Shown here piece after piece: positions 36,705 through 47,023 of a stretch of DNA of 64,000 bases (the first letter of the stretch is position 1; the number at the start of each line of letters is the position of its first letter). Below the pieces are notes generated by a model that ran no database searches, was not told the DNA's origin, and saw only the letters and a program-made list of their open reading frames with translations. Origin of the DNA: a virus; IMG/VR virus record IMGVR_UViG_3300021961_011210, positions 1 through 64,000 of that record. One strand, 5' to 3'. The position numbers and the translations under genes are program-made.

Positions 36705-38237
36705 ATGAGTAATAAAGAAAAATCTTTAGTTGAAGAGGCATTACTACAAATGAAAAATTTGGAAGAAGCCGTTACACAAAACGCAAAAGGAATACTTGCT
36801 TCTACAATGAAGGAAGAAATCAAAGAATTAGTAAAAGAATCTCTTGAAGAAGAGATTGAAGAAGGAATGGAGATGAAAAGTTCAGAAGAAGAAAAAGAGT
36901 CAAATATGGCTGAACAAGCAGAAATGGAACTTGATATCGACGACACAGAAGAGGAATCTGATGAAGTAGAAAATGACGAAGAGGAAATCGAGTTAGATTC
37001 TATGGATATCGATTCTGATGAATCTGACGAGGAAGAATTCGAACTTGGAATTGACGACGAGGAAGTTATGTTACCACTTGATTTGACAGGTGCATCTGAT
37101 GAAGAAATTTTGAAGGTGTTCAAGGCAATGGGTGACGAAGACGGAATCATTGTTAAAAAGGACGGGGAAGAAATCCACTTGAAAGATGAGACTTCTGATG
37201 TTGAATATAAAATTGATCTTGGTGAGTCAGAAGAAGAGGAATCTATCGATGAAATGATGGATGACGATTTTGAAGATTTGGATGAAATCGTTTATGAAAT
37301 CGAACTCGATGAAGAAGAGGACGATGACGATGACGAGGAAGAAATGATGTCAGAAGAAAAAATGACAGTTTCTCCGAAAGGTGAAGGAATGGGTAAACCT
37401 AAATTCAAGTATCCTTCTAAAATGAAGGGTGGTGTTACTGAAACTGAAGACATCGAAGAGATGACTGAAGGTGAAATGTCAGTAAAACCAAAAGGTGAAG
37501 GAATGGGTAAACCTAAATTCAAGTATCCTTCTAAAATGAAGGGTGGTGTTACCGAAACCGAAGATGTCGAAGAAATGGAAGAAGAATGGGGAGGTAAGAA
37601 AGGTGATGACTCTAAGTCTCACAAAGATTACGAAACTACTGAAGAGTGGGGAGGTAAGAAAGGTGACGACTCTAAGTCTCACAAAGATTACGAAACTACT
37701 GAAGAGTGGGGAGGTAAGAAAGGTGACGACTCTAAGTCTCACAAAGATTACGAAACTACTGAAGCTGCACGTACACTCGGAAACGGGAAAAGAAATGCAG
37801 CTAACAGACATTCTTTACCAAAAATGAAAGTAATTCCAAATCAAGCTCTAGCGGAAGAAGTTGAATCATTGAGAGCTAAAAATGACGAATACAGAAAAGC
37901 TCTTAACATATTCAAAGACAAGCTCAACGAAGTTGCAGTATTCAATTCTAATCTCGCATATGCTGTTAGACTATTTACTGAAAACTCCACGACTAAACAA
38001 GAAAAAATAAACATCCTAAGAAGATTCGACAATGTTGAAACTTTAAAGGAATCAAAAGCTCTTTATAAGACAATCAAAGATGAGTTGGTACCACAGTCAG
38101 TTGTTAGTGAGTCTGTTGAAACAAAATTACAACAAACACCAACTGCAGGTTCTTCAACAACTTTGATTGAGAGCAAAACTTATGAAAATCCTCAATTCCA
38201 AAGAATGAAGGATTTGATGGGTAAATTAAATAAATAA
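36705..38237 (+). CDS. prohead core/scaffolding protein
   Basis: very acidic, coiled-coil C-terminus, between protease and MCP; ATG 36705 preferred to TTG 36687. Confidence 0.75.
   Translation: MSNKEKSLVEEALLQMKNLEEAVTQNAKGILASTMKEEIKELVKESLEEEIEEGMEMKSSEEEKESNMAEQAEMELDIDDTEEESDEVENDEEEIELDSMDIDSDESDEEEFELGIDDEEVMLPLDLTGASDEEILKVFKAMGDEDGIIVKKDGEEIHLKDETSDVEYKIDLGESEEEESIDEMMDDDFEDLDEIVYEIELDEEEDDDDDEEEMMSEEKMTVSPKGEGMGKPKFKYPSKMKGGVTETEDIEEMTEGEMSVKPKGEGMGKPKFKYPSKMKGGVTETEDVEEMEEEWGGKKGDDSKSHKDYETTEEWGGKKGDDSKSHKDYETTEEWGGKKGDDSKSHKDYETTEAARTLGNGKRNAANRHSLPKMKVIPNQALAEEVESLRAKNDEYRKALNIFKDKLNEVAVFNSNLAYAVRLFTENSTTKQEKINILRRFDNVETLKESKALYKTIKDELVPQSVVSESVETKLQQTPTAGSSTTLIESKTYENPQFQRMKDLMGKLNK
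37362..37577 (+). repeat. 2 x 114-nt-period coding repeat (PKGEGMGKPKFKYPSKMKGGVTETED)
   Basis: copies start at 37362 and 37476. Confidence 0.9.
37581..37764 (+). repeat. 3 x 60-nt tandem coding repeat (EEWGGKKGDDSKSHKDYETT)
   Basis: near-identical units at 37581, 37641, 37701. Confidence 0.95.
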
Positions 38238-38258
38238 ACATCCTAAAAAAATATTAAA

Positions 38259-40061
38259 ATGGGAGCATTATTAGAATCAGGTCTTGTTGGTAACATCGGT
38301 CTTAAGCACTTGAAGGTTATCAAAGAAGACACAATCAACAAATGGGACAAATTAGGATTCCTTGAGGGTCTTAAAGGTCACTTAAAGGAAAACGTAGCTC
38401 AGTTATACGAAAACCAAGCTTCATACTTAATCAATGAGGCTGCGTCTACAACTGACTCAGGTTCATTCGAAACTGTAGTTTTCCCTATCGTTAGAAGAGT
38501 TTTCTCTAAACTTTTAGCTAACGATATCGTATCAGTACAAGCTATGAACTTACCTATCGGTAAATTGTTCTACTTTGTACCAAAAATTCAAAACAGAGCA
38601 AATAACAGTCACTTCGCACCTATCGGAGCACCAAACGGTCCTACAGATCCAAACGTAGGTTACGGTACTGGTAAAAACCTTTACGATAGATTCTACGAAG
38701 GTACAGAACCAGGATTGGATCCTGAAGGTTTGTTCGATTACTCTAAAGGAGAATACTCAGCAAGAACTGTAAACTTGGTAACTCAAAGATGGGTTGGTGA
38801 TAGCTTATTAGCTTTCAACTACTTAGCAGATACAGAATACAGAAAAGTTCTTGTTGCAATGTCAGGTTTCAACAACGCAGGCGCTGGTAAACTTATCGGA
38901 CCTGATGGTAACGAAATGGACAACGAAGCTTTCTTGGCGGGATTGACTATTAATGTTAATGGTAACTCAGCAATTAACTTCTTCTCAGGTATTACTGGTA
39001 CTTCAGCAGTTTCAAACGGTAACTTGTTATTCAGAGTTGTAACACAACAATACGGTAAGGGTATCGTTCAGTATGGTTCACCAAACACTGCAACTGTATT
39101 CCCAACTACTGGTAACGGTGGTACATACGACAACCTTTGTGATGCGAATGGTGTTATCTACTTGGAAATTGACACTCAAGTTCCATGTACTGTAACTACT
39201 AATTCAATCGATGGTTATTCTGGTTTCACTACAGGTTCAGGTGCAACTAACGCTAATTCTGCGTTCACTGCAACTTACAGAATCTACAAAGAGTTGGAAT
39301 TCGAAGATGCTATCGGTGAAGTTTCTTTCGACTTAGAGTCAGTAACTGTATCAGTTACAGAAAGAAAACTTAGAGCACAATGGTCTCCTGAATTAGCACA
39401 AGACGTTTCTGCATTCCACAACATCGACGCTGAAGCTGAATTAACAGCTTTATTGTCTGAGCAAGTTGCGGCAGAAATCGACCGTGAAATCTTAAGAGAC
39501 TTGAGAAAAGGTGCGGCTTGGAACCTACGTTGGGACTACAACGGATGGAAGAGAGGTACTACAGCTAATCCATTAACTCAGTACACTCAAAAAGACTGGA
39601 ACCAAACTCTTATCACAGCTATCAACCAAATCTCTGCACAGATTCACAAATCTACATTGAGAGGTGGTGCTAACTGGATTGTTGTTTCTTCTGAAATCAG
39701 TGCTATCTTTGATGACTTGGAGTACTTCCACGTTTCAAACGCAGCTCCTGAGCAAGATCAATACAACATGGGTATTGAAAGAGTTGGTACATTAGCAGGT
39801 AGATATCAAGTTTATCGTGATCCTTACTTCCCACCTAACACAGTATTGTTGGGACACAAAGGTACATCATTACTTGACACTGGTTACGTTTACGCACCAT
39901 ATGTACCTCTACAGTTGACTCCAACTATGTACAACCCATTCAACTTTACACCTATCAAGGGTATCATGACTAGATACGCTAAGAAGATGGTTAACAACCG
40001 TTTCTATGGTAGAATCACAGTTGATGGTGTTAGAACATTCGACTTGAGAGAATTGAGATAA
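38259..40061 (+). CDS. major capsid protein (T4 gp23-like)
   Basis: VSVQAMNLP.G, RKLRAQWSPELAQD, EIDREI, YAPYVPL, GIMTRY; highly biased codon usage. Confidence 0.95.
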   Translation: MGALLESGLVGNIGLKHLKVIKEDTINKWDKLGFLEGLKGHLKENVAQLYENQASYLINEAASTTDSGSFETVVFPIVRRVFSKLLANDIVSVQAMNLPIGKLFYFVPKIQNRANNSHFAPIGAPNGPTDPNVGYGTGKNLYDRFYEGTEPGLDPEGLFDYSKGEYSARTVNLVTQRWVGDSLLAFNYLADTEYRKVLVAMSGFNNAGAGKLIGPDGNEMDNEAFLAGLTINVNGNSAINFFSGITGTSAVSNGNLLFRVVTQQYGKGIVQYGSPNTATVFPTTGNGGTYDNLCDANGVIYLEIDTQVPCTVTTNSIDGYSGFTTGSGATNANSAFTATYRIYKELEFEDAIGEVSFDLESVTVSVTERKLRAQWSPELAQDVSAFHNIDAEAELTALLSEQVAAEIDREILRDLRKGAAWNLRWDYNGWKRGTTANPLTQYTQKDWNQTLITAINQISAQIHKSTLRGGANWIVVSSEISAIFDDLEYFHVSNAAPEQDQYNMGIERVGTLAGRYQVYRDPYFPPNTVLLGHKGTSLLDTGYVYAPYVPLQLTPTMYNPFNFTPIKGIMTRYAKKMVNNRFYGRITVDGVRTFDLRELR

Positions 40062-40084
40062 TTCTTCAAAAGGAGATAAAAACT

Positions 40085-40116
40085 AAGGGGGACTGAAAAG
40101 TCCCCCTTTTTATTTT
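40085..40116 (+). terminator. intrinsic terminator after MCP
   Basis: AAGGGGGACT-GAAA-AGTCCCCCTT plus T-run. Confidence 0.85.
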
Positions 40117-40289
40117 CTTTTTTTACAGTATTTCGAATCTTCTCCGAAGTACAAACACCTTAATATATTTAATTCTGATCTTTGTTCTTGATATTTATCA
40201 CCAATGAAAGGACGATGTCCATTTCTAACTGCTTTAGTTATTTCATATTCAATTTGTACTATCCGTCTGAATAATTCTACTTTATTCAT
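40110..40289 (-). CDS. small hypothetical protein (59 aa, not in ORF track)
   Basis: MNKVELFRRIVQIEYEITKAVRNGH...CKKRK*, overlaps stop of 40282..40518. Confidence 0.5.
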   Translation of the reverse strand: MNKVELFRRIVQIEYEITKAVRNGHRPFIGDKYQEQRSELNILRCLYFGEDSKYCKKRK

Positions 40290-40518
40290 TAGTTTCAGTA
40301 TTTTTAGTAAATACTCTTAATGATTTAGAAATTACTTCACTTTCCTCTAATGAAAACAAACCTTTTGATTGAGAATATTTCAAAGATAAATTCAATATAT
40401 AAAAAGCCTGTTCTGGATTCATATTTTCAACAAACTTGTCGATGTCAGATTGAGATGTATAGTTTATAGTTCCAAATAATTGTCCTATAGGGTTTTTGGG
40501 TGTTTCTGATGATTCCAT
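40282..40518 (-). CDS. hypothetical protein
   Basis: ORF. Confidence 0.65.
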   Translation of the reverse strand: MESSETPKNPIGQLFGTINYTSQSDIDKFVENMNPEQAFYILNLSLKYSQSKGLFSLEESEVISKSLRVFTKNTETNE

Positions 40519-40556
40519 AAATAATTCTGAGATATTTATATTAATAAAGTTATTCT

Positions 40557-42236
40557 ATGAAAAATATAAAAGAAATGACAACAAGTCAAAGCGATGGTAA
40601 GTTTGAAGGTAAATTAGTTTTAGGAAAACGAAATTTCTCCAAAGAATTAGCACCCTTTGATATTACTTTAGAAGATACTTTAGAGCCTGAACCCATCCAT
40701 GAGGACTTAGCAGTTTGGTTTGGTAAAAAAAAGAAACCTAAGGGAAGTAAACAACCTAAAGGTCCTTGGGTGGATATTTGTCGTAAAGAGGATGGAAAAC
40801 ATCCCCCGTGTGGTAGATCGACTTCAGATAAGGGTGCGTATCCAAAATGTAGAGCTGCGGGAGTTGCGGGTAAAATGTCCGATGCGGAAAAAAAGGCGGC
40901 TTGTGCACAAAAAAGACGTGCAGAAAAAAAGGACACTCAAACGGGAAAAGGACAAAAACCCATCATGACTTCCCACAAAAAAAGGAAACCAAAAAAAGAA
41001 TCTGTACGTGAATTGGCAATAAAAGTTCTTCAAAGTATTAATGAAGAAAAAAACATTGATATTAAACCGTCTTCACGTGTAGAAAAAAATATCTGTGAAA
41101 CAAAAAAGTTTTGTTCGGCACAAGGTCCAATAACATTCGGACAACTTAAATCAATCATTTCTTTTGCAATTAATAAAAGATTGGGGATACATATGGGGGA
41201 AGGTTTTATAAAAGCATTGATTAGGTTATTACCTTGGTTCATACCTCAAATTGCGGTGGCAGGTTTTGTTGGTTCTGCTATGAGAGCGGCTAACAAAATT
41301 ATCAGCCCTACTTTGAAGGAAACTTCATCTTACAAAACATGGTGGGCAAAAACCATATTGAAACTTTTCAATTTAGTTGAGGGTGAAATAAATGCTACAG
41401 ATCCTTTTAGTAAAATTTTCTTTATTGGAGATGGATTGATGCATTTAATGACAGAAGAATCTAAAATCCAATTTGCTGAATATATTTCTGATCTTGTTTC
41501 TACGAAATCTGATGATGAAGTTGTTCCTGATTATTTTGTAGAAAATGAGTTAAGGAATTGGATTAATCAAAAGTTTTTAATAAACCCTCCTTTGTCAACT
41601 GTGTCTAATATTGACAGGATGGATGAAGTTAAAAAAGTAAAAATTACAAAAGAGAATTTTCAAGAATACATAGGTATATTTGAAAAAGACAAAAAAGATA
41701 TTGTAAAATTATCACTATCGGAAAATTCGAATCATTATTGTGAGTTATATTATCTTGATATGTTAGACAATGTAAAAAGTATATCCATAGCCGAAAAGTT
41801 TTGTAGAACCTCGGAATATTTAATTGAATCCGAAAACGGAAAATATTCAGAAATAAATTTTGTACCACCTGTTTCGGTGAGTTCAGAGGCAAAAAAAGGT
41901 TTAGATTATCGAAAAAAAGCGGGAGGTAAAGGGGGACTAACACCTGCACAGGCAGCAGCATCAAATAGAAGTGGAGAAACTAAAAATTTAGGTTCAGGTG
42001 TGCAGAGAGCGGTAAATCTTAAAAATAGAACCAAGTTATCACCTTCCACAGTGAAAAGAATGAAAGCATTTTTTGATAGACATCAAAAAAACAAAACAAT
42101 TAACCCTGAAAATAGAGGAACACCTTGGAACGACAAAGGATATGTTGCTTGGTTATTGTGGGGTGGTGATGCAGGTTATGCGTGGGCAAGAAAAGTCGTT
42201 AGACAAATGGAGACGGCAGACAAAAAGAAAAATTAA
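40557..42236 (+). CDS. multidomain basic phage head-associated protein
   Basis: K-rich Cys domain (WVDIC..CG..YPKC), central hydrophobic domain, C-terminal RMKAFF.RH...AWLLWGGDAG domain. Confidence 0.6.
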   Translation: MKNIKEMTTSQSDGKFEGKLVLGKRNFSKELAPFDITLEDTLEPEPIHEDLAVWFGKKKKPKGSKQPKGPWVDICRKEDGKHPPCGRSTSDKGAYPKCRAAGVAGKMSDAEKKAACAQKRRAEKKDTQTGKGQKPIMTSHKKRKPKKESVRELAIKVLQSINEEKNIDIKPSSRVEKNICETKKFCSAQGPITFGQLKSIISFAINKRLGIHMGEGFIKALIRLLPWFIPQIAVAGFVGSAMRAANKIISPTLKETSSYKTWWAKTILKLFNLVEGEINATDPFSKIFFIGDGLMHLMTEESKIQFAEYISDLVSTKSDDEVVPDYFVENELRNWINQKFLINPPLSTVSNIDRMDEVKKVKITKENFQEYIGIFEKDKKDIVKLSLSENSNHYCELYYLDMLDNVKSISIAEKFCRTSEYLIESENGKYSEINFVPPVSVSSEAKKGLDYRKKAGGKGGLTPAQAAASNRSGETKNLGSGVQRAVNLKNRTKLSPSTVKRMKAFFDRHQKNKTINPENRGTPWNDKGYVAWLLWGGDAGYAWARKVVRQMETADKKKN

Positions 42237-42394
42237 AATTTTCTTTGTTTTAAACCTATACTGTATTTTGTAAAGTTATCGTATAAATCTGGTTTCATTT
42301 CCATGAAATAATCTACGGCACTATCCACTGAAGCTGCTTGTGTTTCCATAATAACTTGTTCATTTTCAGAAAGGATGTAGGTAACTTGGTTCAT
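42233..42394 (-). CDS. small hypothetical protein (53 aa, not in ORF track)
   Basis: MNQVTYILSENEQ...KQRKF*. Confidence 0.5.
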   Translation of the reverse strand: MNQVTYILSENEQVIMETQAASVDSAVDYFMEMKPDLYDNFTKYSIGLKQRKF

Positions 42395-42421
42395 GTTGGA
42401 AATTTTTTGCTAAGATATGAT

Positions 42422-42886
42422 TTATTTTTTACCTGAACAATATTTTCCTGAACATTTTTTTTCACCATCTAAACCGGGCATAGTTCCTTTACATACTTGT
42501 ACGGCGTAACCATTGGCATATGCAGAAGGGTAAACTTCAAATTTAGCCTTTGCTGCTGACTTACCCCGAGCACAAAGAGTTGTGTCCTTCTTTTTTTTCT
42601 TTTTTTTACCTTCCTCTAATTCAACAAAATCTACATATTGGGATTCTTTTTCCATTTCATTCTTAAAAAAGTCAAAAACCTGATCGATGTTTGTCTTAGC
42701 TTCGGATATATGATCATCCGCCCAATCGTGCCCTCCTTGTAGTATTTCTTCTATCATGTCAGCATCCATTTCTAACATCATGTCGATTTGTCTTCTCATT
42801 TGTTTCAAATTACTGAAGAACATATAATTTTCAGTATAATTTTCTTTCAAAATTCTACGAATAGTGTTTCTTAGTTGTGCACTCAT
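42422..42886 (-). CDS. hypothetical protein with C-terminal basic YPSAYANG domain (DUF5872-like)
   Basis: leader LRNTIRRILKE; HDWA.DHI; LC.RGK.AAK.KF.VYPSAYA. Confidence 0.6.
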   Translation of the reverse strand: MSAQLRNTIRRILKENYTENYMFFSNLKQMRRQIDMMLEMDADMIEEILQGGHDWADDHISEAKTNIDQVFDFFKNEMEKESQYVDFVELEEGKKKKKKKDTTLCARGKSAAKAKFEVYPSAYANGYAVQVCKGTMPGLDGEKKCSGKYCSGKK

Positions 42887-44397
42887 ATTTTGTTTACAAT
42901 TTGGAATGTTAATTCTCTTTTATAAGTATTTGTTTCATAATCAGAAAGTACTTTTATATCAACATAATATTGATTGGGAACTTTATCTCTTGTGTCGAAT
43001 ATGAAATAATAGGCGTCAGGAGTTCGGTTAATTCGTGTCCAATCCTGAACTTGAACTTCTGTGTTAGCACCCTCTCGTACATACACCCGGTAATATGCCT
43101 GAACATCATTCAGAACTTCATTTGTTGTATATGCTTTTTTTATTGTAACATTAACCTTACGAACGTCAGTATTTAATATTTTTTCGTTTTGTTTTATACC
43201 CGAAAAATCGAAACCGTATATTGATGGATCTTTTGTGGATGAACCAATTTGGTAGTAACCTGTACTCTGCTTTATGACAAATTCATTAGTGACTAATCCA
43301 ACATCAACACCATTTATTGTAATACCACTCCACTGATCATAAAACATACAAGGAGTTGTCTGTCCTGTAATAATTGGTACACTAACCTCATATACCCCTT
43401 CAGTCACTAAACAAGTGGATAATCCCGTATAACTACTACCCAAATATTCTTCATTTGAATTCAAGATGTTCACAATAGGTAGATTGTCAAAGTTTGTGGG
43501 TTGTCCATTTATGTATGAATAAAGATAAAGTTTGTTGACTTTATTTTGATAAAATGAATTTCGGTCATCTAAAATTAAATCGTCGTAATTTGTTTCTAAA
43601 AATGGCTCATAGAAAGTTTGGGTATGACGAGTAAAGAATCCAACTGAATAATTCTCCGTTAACCCTGAGATATTTTCAATTGCAGGTACATATGCAATAC
43701 CCCAACCTGTAAATCCTGAAGTGTTTCCTGTCAAAACTTCATTTATTTCATTTGTCATGTCGAATTCTATGTTTTCGTTTCCGAATTCGAAATGTTGTGT
43801 TGCCACAATGGTAAGTCCCGAGTAATTGTAACAACTGTCACCTGATAAAGAATTGGTGTTGTCATAAATTCCGGGTTGTCCCCAATTTGACACTGTCTCT
43901 GATTGGTACCAGTTCGACGGACGACTTGAAAAACTTTTGTCTGTTTCTAATGCTAAAGATATTGTTGAACCATTACTCGAGTTCAAATTTGTTGCGGAAT
44001 TGTAGTAATCATAACCAACACCTTCGTCCCAAGTTTGTCCTGAACCTGTACAACCCGAAACAGGGATTCTGAAAAGAATTAAATCAAATGAAGTTGCCCT
44101 TCTTCTACCTTCAGATGTTGTGGTGTTCAATAACTCAGTGTCAAAAGCGGACGTGTTCGTCATTTTTAACGTGTGTGAGACGCTTTTACTACAACCTGTA
44201 GAAATTGTACCATTATAATATAATTGTCTCAGTTGCGACAAATCAATGTCAAAAATGAATCTACTAAATCCTATTGGGGAACTCAAATCTTGAACACCTC
44301 CATAAAAAAGTTCTGTCACAGGGTTTCTCCCTGTGTTAGTATATGAATTGGATATTATGGTGTTATTTCTATTGAAATAGGATCTGAAAATTGACAT
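42883..44397 (-). CDS. virion structural protein (baseplate/tail region)
   Basis: beta-rich, S/T/G/N-rich; WDEGVGYD motif; TATTTAT upstream. Confidence 0.6.
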   Translation of the reverse strand: MSIFRSYFNRNNTIISNSYTNTGRNPVTELFYGGVQDLSSPIGFSRFIFDIDLSQLRQLYYNGTISTGCSKSVSHTLKMTNTSAFDTELLNTTTSEGRRRATSFDLILFRIPVSGCTGSGQTWDEGVGYDYYNSATNLNSSNGSTISLALETDKSFSSRPSNWYQSETVSNWGQPGIYDNTNSLSGDSCYNYSGLTIVATQHFEFGNENIEFDMTNEINEVLTGNTSGFTGWGIAYVPAIENISGLTENYSVGFFTRHTQTFYEPFLETNYDDLILDDRNSFYQNKVNKLYLYSYINGQPTNFDNLPIVNILNSNEEYLGSSYTGLSTCLVTEGVYEVSVPIITGQTTPCMFYDQWSGITINGVDVGLVTNEFVIKQSTGYYQIGSSTKDPSIYGFDFSGIKQNEKILNTDVRKVNVTIKKAYTTNEVLNDVQAYYRVYVREGANTEVQVQDWTRINRTPDAYYFIFDTRDKVPNQYYVDIKVLSDYETNTYKRELTFQIVNKI

Positions 44398-44440
44398 TAC
44401 AAACTTTTATAATAAATATCGAAAAGTATGAAATAGAAAT

Positions 44441-45244
44441 TTATTCCACTTCATATATAATTTTCATCGTCAAATTATAAATAGATTCGGGTGTACAATT
44501 TTGTTCATACCACTCAATTACATTTGCAGAAAGATACTCCCATTCTTCTTGAGTGGTATTTTTTATTACATCCTTAGCATGTTCAAAATTATCAACTAAA
44601 AGATAATGTTTGTTTTGTTCCAACTTATTGAAATATTCCACACTTACCTCCCTTGTAAACAAAGGTACAACACCCATACCCATATACTCAACATCTCTTA
44701 AACACTTTGGACCAACACCTGTGAGAGATAATCCAAATTTATGTTGGGACATAAATCTAATATAGTCCTCGTAATTCAAGGGGGATACTTCGTCTGTTAG
44801 ACTAAAGTTTTCTACTACATCACCCCAATTGTGATTTCGATTTCCTCTTCCTCTTGCTCCCGTACCAAAAAAAATACTTTCATATGGGCGTTGACTGTAT
44901 GATTTTATTCCTTCAGATCTCAACTTTTCATATCTAATTGGATGGGTGGGCCAAAAGGTCCACCTGTAAGTCCCATCAAACGGGACAAATTCATTTGCCA
45001 TTAGACACTTTTGCCAACCAAAACGTATTCTAGTATCCCAAAGTGGTTTATCATACAACAAGTACTTACCAATCTCTTCTAACCAAACATGACTTTCAAT
45101 ATATTGTCCAACCAAATTGTCTTCGAATTCTTCTTTTGTGATTGGTACCAATTCAACCAAACCTTTTTGTTTCCATATTTTTAAAATTTCTCGAAAACAA
45201 CAACCCGAATGTTTATCGATTGTTGGTACGTGTATTTTCAACAT
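44441..45244 (-). CDS. putative GT-B glycosyltransferase (exostosin/GT47-like C-terminus)
   Basis: Y...MS..KFGLSL.G.G.KC.RDVE.M.MGVVP. Confidence 0.6.
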   Translation of the reverse strand: MLKIHVPTIDKHSGCCFREILKIWKQKGLVELVPITKEEFEDNLVGQYIESHVWLEEIGKYLLYDKPLWDTRIRFGWQKCLMANEFVPFDGTYRWTFWPTHPIRYEKLRSEGIKSYSQRPYESIFFGTGARGRGNRNHNWGDVVENFSLTDEVSPLNYEDYIRFMSQHKFGLSLTGVGPKCLRDVEYMGMGVVPLFTREVSVEYFNKLEQNKHYLLVDNFEHAKDVIKNTTQEEWEYLSANVIEWYEQNCTPESIYNLTMKIIYEVE

Positions 45245-46809
45245 TAGTTGATTCTAATTTTATTATTGAGAACTGTTTGTTGAGCGGTTTGTAACTTGGT
45301 GAGTAACTTCGAAATTGTTGAGTTTCCGTCTATTGCCGTTGGAAGGGCGGGTTGTCCATGATAGGGGTGTACATGCAAAACCAAAAAATTTACTATGTCA
45401 TTCAACAAAATTAATAATTCTTCACCTCTAACAGTTGATGAAGTGTTCAGTTGTAAATCTTTTAAGAACGATTCTGAAACACCATAGAGTGTATTTGTCA
45501 AATCTATTTTTTTATCTCCAGCACCTTCACTGGTATGTGACAACAAATATAGAGTATCTCCACCAAAAATACCGACAGTCTGAAGTTCTGTAGTTTTTGT
45601 TATATTTTCCTCAGTTTCTAAGACTGATTGTGTCGGCACACCAATGGTATCTTTTTCGTAGACTAAATCATATCCCTCAGACGAATCTGTCACATTAAGT
45701 TTTATTTGTGACATCATTGTGGCAACGTTTAATGTCCCTGTAAAACCGTTTTGCAGACTTATATTTTTGATATATTCATAAGTTGTTTGTGATGGGCGAA
45801 AATAAAATGGAAACTGATAAGTTATTGGGGTATTTGTTTGCTCAATTAATCCGTTGTTGACTTCTTTGATAAAGGTATTGATAGTCTCAACAACCTCTTC
45901 AATTGTTAAGTTGGTGAAAGGTATCACGAGTTGTAAAGAAACGTAATCTGTCAAATCAGTATCTACCACAAAATTGTTTGTGAGTACAGCTTCCTCCTGT
46001 TTCAAATTGTACAAGTAGATTCTACCTGTGAAACTATTTTGAGTGTTTTCAGGGTTGTCTAATTGATATTCGATAAGTTTTTTACAGTAGGTGTTTTGTT
46101 CTACAAATCTCAAACGTTTTTTAGGTTCACCTATTTTTGTTGTTTCACCAAAATTTGATAATTGTAAAAAGGCTCTGTTTACGTTCCCAACAGGAGGGGT
46201 ATTACGCCTTAGGGTGGTACCAACAATTTTACCGGCACGTAGTATAACCTCATTTTCTTTAAGAATAACATCTGAGTTAAATCTACCTAAAATTGCATTG
46301 TCACCCGGTTCGGGATAGACTCCAGTACTCGACTCGTTACTATATGGTATTCTTGCGGGTGCTTGTGTATTACCAAAATTTATTTCATACTGTGAGTTTT
46401 TAAGAGGGGTGGGGGGTAAATTTTGAGCTCCGTCGTCTAACCAAGTTTTTGCGTTTTGAAACTCCTCTAAATTTGAATTGTTTGGGGTTGAAAAAGGTCC
46501 TTGTAAATAGAAACGATTTTTGGTTGCTTGGTAAGCCGAATCTTGGTATATAATGTGAACATACTCATTGACTTTAGGAACTTGAAATACAAAGTAAGGT
46601 AATAATGGTAAAACAACAAAGGGATCTTTTTTTGTCCATTTATCTTTTTTTTCATCAAAGTCAGGAAAGGATTTCAAAATATTTTGATAATACTCCGACT
46701 CTGGTTGAACTCTAATTCTACCTAACATCCATGGGTCTTGGTTGTCAATAACTTGCCCTGGATATAGAATTTGTCTGAAATTTGGAGGTAAATTTTTTAT
46801 TGAGTCCAT
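45244..46809 (-). CDS. baseplate hub/spike-like protein (gp5-type OB-fold)
   Basis: G.VIDN.DP..LGRIRV, P..NE.V, ILGR.NSD, C-terminal HVHPY. Confidence 0.65.
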   Translation of the reverse strand: MDSIKNLPPNFRQILYPGQVIDNQDPWMLGRIRVQPESEYYQNILKSFPDFDEKKDKWTKKDPFVVLPLLPYFVFQVPKVNEYVHIIYQDSAYQATKNRFYLQGPFSTPNNSNLEEFQNAKTWLDDGAQNLPPTPLKNSQYEINFGNTQAPARIPYSNESSTGVYPEPGDNAILGRFNSDVILKENEVILRAGKIVGTTLRRNTPPVGNVNRAFLQLSNFGETTKIGEPKKRLRFVEQNTYCKKLIEYQLDNPENTQNSFTGRIYLYNLKQEEAVLTNNFVVDTDLTDYVSLQLVIPFTNLTIEEVVETINTFIKEVNNGLIEQTNTPITYQFPFYFRPSQTTYEYIKNISLQNGFTGTLNVATMMSQIKLNVTDSSEGYDLVYEKDTIGVPTQSVLETEENITKTTELQTVGIFGGDTLYLLSHTSEGAGDKKIDLTNTLYGVSESFLKDLQLNTSSTVRGEELLILLNDIVNFLVLHVHPYHGQPALPTAIDGNSTISKLLTKLQTAQQTVLNNKIRIN

Positions 46810-46811
46810 GA

Positions 46812-47021
46812 TTAAGATTTTGTTCTTTTTTGGTATTCCTTCAATATGTTATTATATAAAGATTCTGTAGCGTCTAAATGATAGGACAATTTCATGAGTA
46901 ATTCTTTAGTATTTTCAAAATCTTTTTGTAATTTGTCCATTGCGATAATTAAATCTTGGTTTGAGTGATTCTTGAAATCATCAATTATATTTTTCAATTT
47001 TTCGAATTCTTTACTGTCCAT
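46812..47021 (-). CDS. small coiled-coil protein
   Basis: ORF in operon. Confidence 0.7.
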   Translation of the reverse strand: MDSKEFEKLKNIIDDFKNHSNQDLIIAMDKLQKDFENTKELLMKLSYHLDATESLYNNILKEYQKRTKS

Positions 47022-47023
47022 GA

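Noticed and set aside
37581-37764. 60-nt repeats as a CRISPR array
   Set aside because: No unique spacers; the units are in-frame tandem copies inside the scaffold CDS, and no cas genes are present
30445-40061. Inteins or introns in terminase, portal or capsid genes
   Set aside because: Continuous ORFs of ordinary length with no intein splice motifs seen
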